A program made the position numbers and the translations under genes. Below, piece after piece: positions 53,830 through 64,000 of a stretch of DNA of 64,000 nucleotides. Within the stretch, counting starts at the first letter, position 1. Every line of letters starts with the position of its first letter. Source of the DNA: Octopus vulgaris (Eukaryota); assembly GCA_951406725.2 (NCBI GenBank), contig OX597827.1, positions 79,422,001 to 79,486,000 of the forward strand, written 5' to 3'. The notes below the pieces were generated by a model, which was not told the DNA's origin, ran no database searches, and saw only the letters and a list, made by a program, of their open reading frames with translations.

Positions 53830-56238
53830 CATTGGGACTGGAGGTAATTTTCTGGGGGTAGTTGAGAATTTCCATTCATTAGCTGACTGCTTCATGTCTG
53901 AGTAATAAGAGCATTTGGGGTTTATTGATTGAAGATTTCTGTTAAATATGTCTTCTGCATTTCGAGTTATTGCAACAGGATTGTTAGTCTGATACAATAT
54001 TTGCCTCATTTCAGTCTGAGAGAGAAATTTTGGATTACCATTTGGTGTAGGGGAGTTATTGAAGTGGTTAATACATCTAAAAACACACATTGTTATTGAC
54101 ACTACAATAGCCACAGATAGTATTACAGCTGCTGCTACAATGATAATAATCCAAGTCATATTCAGGTTGTTACCAGACTGTGAGTGGACAGCAGTCAACA
54201 TTGGAGATGTATCGTTACTAACAAACAGTGTTAGTATGATAGCAGTTGTTGCTGATTGAACTGATGTACCACCATCTTTCACTATAAACTCCAGCTCATA
54301 TGATCCTGCATCATTTTGGTAAACTGTGCGAGAGAAAGATAACACACCAGTGTGTGAGTTCACTGTAAACAGGTTTTTATCATTGGATCTCAGTATTCCA
54401 TATGTGAGGAAAGCATTGTTTCCAGTGTCTTTGTCAGATGCTCTCAGAATTGTGATGTCCTTCTTACTGTGTGGATGGTAGTGGACATCGAGATTGTAAG
54501 GGTCATTATTAGGAAAGATAAAATATGGGGCATTGTCATTTTTATCCAGAATCTCTATAAGAATGTTAGCAGTGTTATTCAGAGAAGGTGTTCCATTGTC
54601 TTTGACTAATACCTGTAAATTATAGATGTCTTTCACTTCTCGATCTATTGGTTGTGATGTAGAAATAAATCCATATTTTGTCAGTTGGAAAGGAATGTTA
54701 TCATTGTTGTTATCATTGATGATAGAATATGTAAGTTGGCCTCCATCTCCAAGATCTGGGTCTGTAGCATTGATGAAGCCAATAGGGAAGTCAACTTTCT
54801 GGTTTTCATAGGTGAGGAATTGGAATGTCTCTTTGGTAAAATGTGGTTCTACATCATTGACATCAGTTACTTTGACAGAGAACTGTTTCTTAGTTTTTAA
54901 TGGAGGTGATCCCATGTCATGACATACAATAGATACAAAATAATGGTCTATAGTTTCTCTGTCAAGAGGTTCTTTCACCGATATTTTATATTCTTTAGAA
55001 CCCATATTGGAAAGCTGGAACATCTTATGATGAATATTACATTTTATTTGTCCATTACGTCCACTATCAGTGTCTGTAACCATAACATAAGCTATAAAAC
55101 TCCCAATTTTACTTGCTTCTGAAATTGCTGTAGAATTCTCTGTTAAAGGGGATACAAAATCTATATCTATAACTGGAGCATTATTTTGATTACTAATTAT
55201 ATTGATAATTAACATGGCAGTAGAACTTAAAGATGGTCTTCCTTTGTCTTTTGCTTCAATATATAATTTATATATTTGCTGCTTATTTCTGTAAAAATTA
55301 TTATTTAGGAACATCTCCCCATTTGGTTTCAGTTTGAAATTTGTTTTAATGTCAGACCTTGTTTTTTGGTGAAAGTTATACGTGATGTCACCATTTTGAC
55401 CAGAATCTAAATCTGTAGCTGATAAAACAAAAACAGGAGTGGTGATATGATGTGTATCACTGATAGAAATATTGTACGTTTTTTGAGAAAACATAGGTCT
55501 GTTATCATTGATATCTGTAACAGAGATTTCTATGTTCAGAATACCTTGTTTTGGTGGAGAGCCACTATCTTTTGCAAGTAACTGTAACATGTATTTGTCT
55601 TTTAATTCTCTGTCTAATTTTTCTTCAAGTATAATTTCCAATATATTCATTCCATCAAACTCATTAGATATAGATAATGAGAATTTCTTACTTTTGTCTT
55701 TGAGTCTATATGTGATCTTTGAATTAAGACGACCAATATCTTTATCCACAGCATTTGGTATTGATTTTGTTGATCCTTTTGCTTCCGTTTCACCAAACTC
55801 TATTTTAATTAGATCCTCTGGGAACTCTGGTTGATGATCATTAATATCTTGTATGATGACTTTTATCTTTAAAACCTTGATAAATGTTTCTGCCTTCCTC
55901 ACTGCAACTTTAACAATTTTAAAACATTCTTTGTTGTATGTACACAAAGACTCAGTATCCAATGTTTGTGTAGTGTATAGTTTCCCAGAGTTGGTGACAT
56001 TGAATAAGTGAGAACCACTAGCTGCTTTCCTTTGTAGTTGTGTAAATGTAATGAGAGTGTCCTGATGATGTGTAAGAGGATATGATAAGTTTGAGTCAAT
56101 AGCAATGTCTCCTATATAGGTTTGAGGAGTGCCTTCTTCATTGACATGGTAAATGATGTCTATTGAGACAATGAGAGACAGTACTTGGTATAAAATACAT
56201 ATCAGCAGACTTGTCCTTGTCATTTCTTTGTTTTTCAT
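53830..56238 (-). CDS. Protocadherin gene C, large exon (signal peptide, EC1-EC6, TM, proximal tail)
   Basis: 803 open codons (the second Met at 56223 is an alternative start); acceptor ttatttttag at 56261; donor CCA ATG|GTATGT. With E2/E3 the predicted protein is 882 aa. Confidence 0.95.
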
Positions 56239-59200
56239 TTATCTTCAAAATTAACAATACCTAAAAATAAGAAATAAATTACTTTAAAATAGCATAAAAT
56301 AAGCAATATCACTATCAAAAATATTAGTTTTTAAACTCATGTGTTTTAAAAATTGAAAGTATTTGTTGGTGTAGAAGAATCAGTTCAAATATATATTTTT
56401 CATTTGTTAATCACTGTATGCAGGAAATGAAATGAATTGTTTTGCCTATAAATGGCAACAGAGTGTATTTTCAATCAAATAATTATATAGTATAAATTAT
56501 AGCATAGAAGTCTTGTCATACGGACATACTTTTGAGTACTTACTACTAAATCACTAAACCTATATAAGACAAAAGGGGGACTTTGTGTATGAAGTGAGAT
56601 GAGAAAAAAATTCAATGGACATAGCAGTGAATATCTGGATTTGTTGTTATTCTTTAGCTCTAAGATGGCTTTGAACAAGCAAATCTATGATGAAGGCATT
56701 CAAGCCATGACCATCTATTCTTTTATTTAGGAATACTGTTCTCTAGATTACATTATCTACTGTAAGCTTTTAAGACTGTAGGATGTATTTTAGTGTAGAT
56801 TTGGCTGCTAGTTCTAGAATGGACAACCATGTAGTGATTCCCTCATTGGTTTTAAGAATTTCTAAGATGCAGAAATGGAAATGAGGGCGTTGCTGATTGT
56901 GACAGAGGTATCATAGAAACTGATGAAAAAATCCAAAGCAGTGAAGTTAAATTCTAGTGCAGCATTGAGATTATTGATGAAAAATGTAGGTGGGAAATGA
57001 TGGTGCTGGAGATGAAAATTGAGCAGTGATCAAAGATGTTTTGTAAGTTTGACAGGCCGTCATTGTGAGGATGAAAGTAATGGGATTTAACATCCATGCC
57101 AGTGCTGCCTGACTAGCACCTGTACCGATGGCATGTAAAAAGCCCCATTCAAACGTGGTCAATACCAGTGCCGCCTGACTGCCACCTGTGCCACTGACAT
57201 GTAAAAAGCACCATTCAAGTGTGGTTGATGCCAGTGCTGCCTGACTGGTTCCTGTGCTGTTGGCATGTAGAAAGCACCCTCTACACTCTTGGAGTTGTTG
57301 GTGTTAGGATGGGAATCCAGCTGTAGAAACCTTGCCAAATCAGATTGGAGCCTGGTGAAGACTCCTGGCTTGCCAGTCCCCAGTCAAACCATCCAACCCA
57401 AGCCAGCATGGAAAGCGAATGTTAAATTATGATGATGATGATGGTGAATGAAGAGAATTTCGAAAGAAGAATAGATGAAAAAAACTGATGGTGTGATTAG
57501 TGTTTGTGATGTTGGGGACAGATAGGAAACAAAAGCTGACAAGATTCTTTAGATGTTTTGAGAGAATTTAAATTAGAACAACTATATGTGGATATGATAA
57601 GGTGACTAAAATTGTTAGGTGTGTAAATTTGGAAGGGGAAATAGACAGTGGAGGTTTTGGAGTAAAATTAACAGCAGTGGGAGAAAGTAATGGGAAAGAT
57701 GATTAAATAACAATAGTAAAAATAATTTTGTATTGGGATAAGTAAGTTCTTTTGGTATTTTTCTAGCATGCATTGAAGAACTTGAGGTGTTCTTCTAGAA
57801 GTTTAAAAACTCCAAGTTGTAGTGGCTAAGAAAGGTGTCCATCTAGTAGCTGATGTTTTTGAAAGACAAGTTAAATATGAAATGGAGTGTTGCCCAGTTG
57901 CCATCATATGCAAGTCGTAATCACATCTTTTGTTCAAAATGGGCTGATATGATTGGAGTCCCTAATTTTAATAAGTACTGGAATGGATTCTTTGGTGCCT
58001 TCAGAAGAAGTTGAAATCAGCAATGCAAGCTATGAACCACTAATCTAGTTTACAGTACTACAAATGGTTAAAGTCACGAGTTGTTCTTGCTTTACAGTAC
58101 AAGAGTCTTTGTCATGGACACACTATGATGACTTTGATAGGATATAAACTGCATACATTTATATGTTGTATAAAGGTTGAGTGGATGTCTGTTTCTCTAT
58201 TGTTCCACATATCAGTATGTGAAAGCACATAGTCTTGTGATTTAGGTATTAATCTCATACTCATCTGGTCATAGGTTCAATTTTTGGACTGGGTTGCATG
58301 TTGTGTTCTTGAGCAAAGCACTTCATTTCACATTGCTCCTGTTCACTCAGCAGAAATGAGTGCCAGTGACAGCTGGAAGTTAACTCTGCAATGAACTACC
58401 ATCCACTACTCTCAATTACTTAAATACCCCAGAAGCCTGGATACACTCTAACCTAGTGAACCTGTTGGTTATCTTGTAGAATTGACTTTAATTTCTGAAA
58501 CTGCCATGTTTACATATCAAATAAAATAATGAAATATTTTGGTCATTTTATGCATGTGCAGTGTTATCAAAATGTTGCTTAAGGAAATGGATAGAATATA
58601 TAAATAAGTAAAAGTTTTTTCTCCAATTGTGCAAGTTATATTTGAATCATTCTTATGTCATTTTAAAAGTATTATAATATACGTAGCCATTTAGCTTACT
58701 TTCTGTAGGTTTCTAGTTGTACAGTTTACTTTCTTGTGACAAGAATGTATATGACTACATCGAAGTCAGAGCTCAACTTAGATAAGTCACAAATTTTTCC
58801 TGCAGTCATAATCTTCTCAAAATTAATGTAGACTTATGTATATGTCTTTTATTCATCTTAAACATATCAATATAAATTACAGTATCATATGTAATACGTG
58901 GATGCTGCTAAGTGAGACATTTTCTATTTGTATATTTTTACGACAGGCATGGTCTATAAACAAGTGATATAATTAACTGAAAAAATGAGGGTATTAATAG
59001 TTATTTAAATGATTGCATCAAAAAAGATTCTGTTCCAAAACTGTAGCCATGAAGTTATCATTATAAATAAATATTGTACCATATAACACTTTAGCTTGTT
59101 TTTCATAATGTGCATTTCTGAAAGTAGATTTAATAATTCTTTATTTTCATTTTCTATTTACTTATTTTGATAAAGACTGAGATATTTCATTGATTCCCTT

Positions 59201-59612
59201 AAATTTTCCCCTATTTATTTTAAGAATTATCCCAATTTATTATTATGTATATGCAGATATATACACATAGAATAATTAACACTTTTATTTAGTACAAATG
59301 TTACATTACTACAGATCAACCTTGTTTACTATTCCCTAATAATTAAATCCACCCAGTTTAACATCAAAATTATGTATAAATATATTAAAGTAATATAGAA
59401 AGCATAGATTCTATTAAATATATGCCTTTTTAGAAAAATTAATGGCTGTCATGTAATTATTCTAACTGCTATGGAAATATGTCTTCCTCTCAGTGCTATT
59501 GCCTGTAATGGTGGAAATGACTGCTAGATTTTTATATTCTTTTATCCAGATAGTCAATTGCTTTTCACCAAAACTGTCACAAAATAAGAAAAGACAAAAT
59601 AGTGAAATTTAC

Positions 59613-59745
59613 CTTCATTGTTTAATCCATCATTTCCATAGTATGTAAGTAGTGACATGTATCTCGATGTTGTGTTCCGGTGTAACTGCTACTGTAGTTG
59701 TGCACTTAGTTATATGTTAATGAACTGCAGTTGTGAGTCAGATGA
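59613..59745 (-). promoter_or_regulatory. Putative leader exon / promoter of gene C
   Basis: Donor CAATGAAG|GTAAAT; TGTGAGTCAG at 59732-59741; homologous to the modules at 49070, 44626, 31914 and 13465. Confidence 0.65.
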
Positions 59746-60885
59746 TAAGAAGTAGAACCTTTAGATAGGAATTTGGGTTGTATGCAAGTGCATGTATAAT
59801 AAATGTGTTAGAGTCAGTTCTTTTCAATATTGCTTGTTTATAAGTTAAGAAATTTAAACACGAATGCCATGTTTTTCAATATCAACTTCTACGAAATATC
59901 TTGAAACTAAAATAACATAATTGAGTTTTGAACTATGTAAATTTAATTTTATAATTCAAATTTTAGCTTATCATTTTGTTTGGAAATTGTTTTATTTTCT
60001 GGTATTTTTTGTGTTTTTATAACTGTTGCAATAAATTTAGTAAAATGTTTTAAAAATAAACATAATTTAAAAATTGCAAATTTAAAAATATGTTTTTGAC
60101 AAAAGTTTAAGAATTTTACAATATATTATGCTAATGTTGCTTTGTTCTCAGTTAATTTATTTAGAAACATACATTCATACATAAGTAATTATATGAAATT
60201 TTGCTAGTTTGAATGAACTGAACTATTTGTTCTTTGAACTTTTGAGGAGCTGAGTATTCCACCAACACGTGTCCCTTTAGCATAACCTTTAAGAAAAACA
60301 ATGGTATGTCATGGAGTGATGATAAGACTAGATCTTTAAATTATAAGTATAAGCCATCTGATAGTGTTCTACATAATTTCTGCCAACTAAATCTTCTTCT
60401 CAAGACTTGGGTTGATGCAAGGCTAAGGTAAAAGATACCTACCCAAGACGCTACACTGTTGGCCTGAACCTAAGACCTTACAATAGTGAAGGTAACTTCT
60501 TAACCATTCAGCCATAAAGAAGACATGCAGTATTCTCATGTTGGCATATATATTGGCCACAAACAGATTTCTATTTTACTGTAAATGGTATTTAATATGA
60601 ATCCTTATAATCAATTCTAGCAGGGGCATAAAACTTTAATCATATGACAAAAGTCAGATATAGATATTAGGTAACATAAACTTAGCTCTTATTAGGAGTG
60701 TACCTAGTTATTATAGTTTTTAGTTAACATAAATTTTAATAATAAAAATGCATATAAATATGGAGGATTTACATTATTGTATGTTATTTATGTTATTATC
60801 AAATCTGTGCAACTTGCACTAAAGCTGGCAATGATTTTTCTTCTGTTCATTTGAATGATAAATCTTTGCTAGAAAGAATCTAAGA

Positions 60886-61005
60886 ATGTATGTGAATGTG
60901 TGTGTGTGTGTGTGTACCTGTATGTGCATATCAATATATATGTATGTATATATCAATATATATATGTATGTATATGCAAATATGTATGTGTATATATATA
61001 TTTAT
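60886..61005. repeat. (TG)n/(TA)n microsatellite region (another at ~61317-61395)
   Basis: Seen directly. Confidence 0.85.
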
Positions 61006-61355
61006 ATAACTGTTATATGTAACAGAAGTTGTATCAAATTAAAATAGCCATCTATGTATCATACATTGATAATATATCATTGTAAATACATTATTGAAGG
61101 GCAATTTACTGCATCATTTTGTCAGAGATAACATCTCTTTGTCATTGATAAGGCCCAACTAGGTCAAAATGCATCAGATGTTCTCTGTAGCCACTGCTAA
61201 GATGACTTTCATCTCCTTCCAATATACATTGTGTTTTTAAACACAGCATTCCTATAAGAAATATCTCTTGGCAATTTACAGCAGTATTTGCCTTTCAATG
61301 ATGTATTTGTATTAAGTATGTATGTGTGTGCACGTGTGTGTGTATGTGTATGTGC

Positions 61356-61388
<33 letters not shown>

Positions 61389-61460
61389 TGTATATGATAT
61401 GCTTAAAAATGCCAGTCATTAAATTATTAGATAATAGTTCAGCAATTGCAAATTAACATG

Positions 61461-61540
61461 TTATACAGGCTCTAAATACGTTTCTTGTTCCTGTGTACAC
61501 TTTGGTGTTGGTGGTATGTTTGGTCGATAGTTGCTGTATT
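61461..61540 (-). CDS. Terminal exon E3 of protocadherin gene D (large exon not in window)
   Basis: tattttcag|AA TAC...GTA TAA; (E)YSNYRPNIPPTPKCTQEQETYLEPV*. Confidence 0.85.
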
Positions 61541-63687
61541 CTGAAAATACATAAACATGGTTTATAATTTGATGTGAAATAGATTTATGAGCACAATTTC
61601 ATTTTTCTTTATAAAAGGTACTAATATTGCAATACTATACTTTTAGAAAATAAAATAATTTATTTTTCAGTGTTACTGCTAACTAAAGTTTAGTTTGTTA
61701 TGGAAAAAATATATAACTTTACATTATAGGCATATCATTGGAGAATATTAAGGCAGCTTTTGGAATAAATGATAATAAGGTAAATGATAAAAATATGCCA
61801 TGTATAAAATGAATAATATAAGGTGGATGTTTGATGGTTAGGATAAAAAAAGTTATGAATTTGGTGCAAATAAAGTATCACTATTAATTATTCAATTCTA
61901 TTAGGGAGAGAATAGTTTTGGGGCTTTAAAATGCATACATAGATAAGTGTGTGCTAACATGCACTCACACACATGAAATCATGCAAACATTTTTGTGTTA
62001 GTCAAAAGAGGTGGGGCATATCTATGAACTTTGAAGCACCTCTCAGACTGATGAGATAAATGCAAATTATGTCCGACCTGAATGTCTTCAGATCAATATC
62101 TGTAGGGAAAATGAGTTGGAACAGGGAATCCAATGACCTTGTCTGAAAGCTTACAATATTGTTAATTTGATAAAGGTAGCTGTGTGCTAGGTAGTTATTG
62201 TTTATTTTATTGGCCTCAAATAGATGAAAGATGACTTGAACCCTAATGGAATTCAAACTCAGAAAAAAGAAGCTGGAAATTAAGTACAGTAAAGCATTTG
62301 GCACAAACTCAGTGCTTAAATAAATAATAAAAAAGCTTTGGTAAAGGGAAAACAAAAGGAAAGATTGATCTCTTTTATCTATTTTTTGGTAACTTTAGTA
62401 CAAACAGAAAATATTGAAACATGATAAATAATCACAGCTTGATTTGATTGATAAAGTTATTTAAGGTCTGCATTATTAAGGTGTACTGCTATCAGGAGAA
62501 GTGAAAGTGAAATAATTAAAATTATTTCATGAAAAGTAGGATTATAAGTGTGATTACAATGGATATTGTAAAATATTTGTTTACTCAATAAGTTTCAATA
62601 AGCTTCTGATTACCATTGACATCCAAAACAAGTTTATAATTTAAATGAGGCTCCTTTATATTGGTACAATACTACGAAATTGAACAGAGACTACAAAAGA
62701 TGAAAAATTATCAGGTATGATTAATAAATACTATTTTTAAAAATGACTGCAATATGGTGAGTAGAGAAATCAAATCTGGCTGATCCTTTTTTCATCATGA
62801 TTGTTTAATACAGCTGGTTAACTTATTTTGAACTTGTTTAAAGAAGAAACTAAAGACTGGTAGTGATTAGAAAACTGAATGTTCATAACGAGACTCTTTG
62901 TAAAGAATATTTATGCTAATTACCTCTTAACTGAGCATTTTAAATTCAACTCCTAAATAATAGTTAATTAAGCAACTTAAAGAAAATATTTCTTCCTGTT
63001 CATGAAACAACCATTAGAGCGGTTAACTCTGGCTGGCTCATACTGAAATTTGTGAAAGAATATAATAAAGGGAATATTGCTACTAGCTGAGCAGTAAGAA
63101 GTTTGCTTTCCAGTCATATGTCTCCAAGTTCAACCCCACTGTTATGCCATATTATGTAGAAAGATTGATAATATTTTTCTTAATAAGTAGTAATCTTGTT
63201 ATATTTGAGTTGGTTGTAGTTAAATAACTAAGATACTTTCTTGTCTGAATATAGTTGCAGAAATAGATAAGGTTAAATTTTCTTCATGGCTACGTAGTCT
63301 AAGTTCAACTCTATTGCACTGTACTTTGGGCAAGAGTTTTCTAATTTAGTCTTGGGTCAACTAATACATTGTGAGTAGAATTTGGTTGACAAAAAATGTG
63401 TAGTAGCCTGTCATATGTATCTGTATCTAGTGGTGCAAAACAGACTGAGATGCATCCCTTTATATTAACAGGTTAAAATAACCATTTGATAATTAGAGTC
63501 AGGCAACTATCAAACTGAATGAACTATCAAGGGTGATACTATAAACTAAAACTCTTGAAGGTAGTGCCCCAACAAGACCTTAGTTCAGTGACCAGAACCA
63601 ATAAAAGAATGAAAGAAAAAAAATATTACATTAGTTTTATCTAATAATATTTTAAAATCTTTTGAATCCTGATTCATTTTTAATTAC

Positions 63688-63847
63688 CTGATGTTCCGGA
63701 AGTTTGATGTGTAATATCTCCTTCACTCCATCCTCTGTTTCGTTCTTTTTGAGAAGGTAGTGTGTTATTCAAATTGTTTGATGTCATAATGCTATCATTA
63801 TAACATTTTTGTTCAGCTAAACTATCTGCCACATCCTTATTGTAATG
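63688..63847 (-). CDS. Cytoplasmic exon E2 of protocadherin gene D
   Basis: ttttctgacag|CAT...TCA G|GTAATT; 160 nt; HYNKDVADSLAEQKCYNDSIMTSNNLNNTLPSQKERNRGWSEGDITHQTSGTS. Confidence 0.85.
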
Positions 63848-64000
63848 CTGTCAGAAAAGATAAATGGAAAATATATTTTCAGCATGAGAGTCAGTATTAA
63901 ATACAGTTAAAATCAAATTTGTGGTAGGATAGGAGAATTATGTTGCTTTTACTTTTTAAACAATAAATTTGATTATGGTTTCAACAAACGTTGAATCAGC

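Overview
AT-rich, repeat-dense eukaryotic DNA that looks like part of a coleoid cephalopod (probably octopus) tandem protocadherin cluster; the organism is inferred from gene family and repeat content. All genes lie on the minus strand. Three intact ~2.4 kb exons each encode a signal peptide, six cadherin repeats, a TM helix and the proximal tail. The short exons missed by the ORF track define a repeating unit: a short non-coding leader exon (L) with a conserved TGTGARTCAG element, the large exon, a ~160-nt tail exon (E2) and an 80-nt terminal exon (E3, usually ending ETYLEPV*). In transcription order the window holds [E2,E3 of a gene starting beyond the window] - L, big, E2, E3 - L, (no big exon), E2, E3 - L, big, E2, E3 - L (orphan) - ~18 kb TE-rich gap - L, big, E2, E3 (partial). 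Main points of interest: a 'headless' unit that could encode a 73-aa tail-only peptide or supply alternative tails; a near-identical 198-nt EC5 tract across otherwise divergent paralogs (gene conversion); a shared promoter/leader motif with a conserved upstream ATG; and a degenerate Ca2+ linker at EC3-EC4. Introns and spacers hold decayed RTE LINEs, mariner/Tc1, Chapaev-like, piggyBac and R4/Dong-like relics, SINEs, MITEs and microsatellites. Exon joins are predicted by eye from splice consensus, phase and paralogy, not from transcripts.
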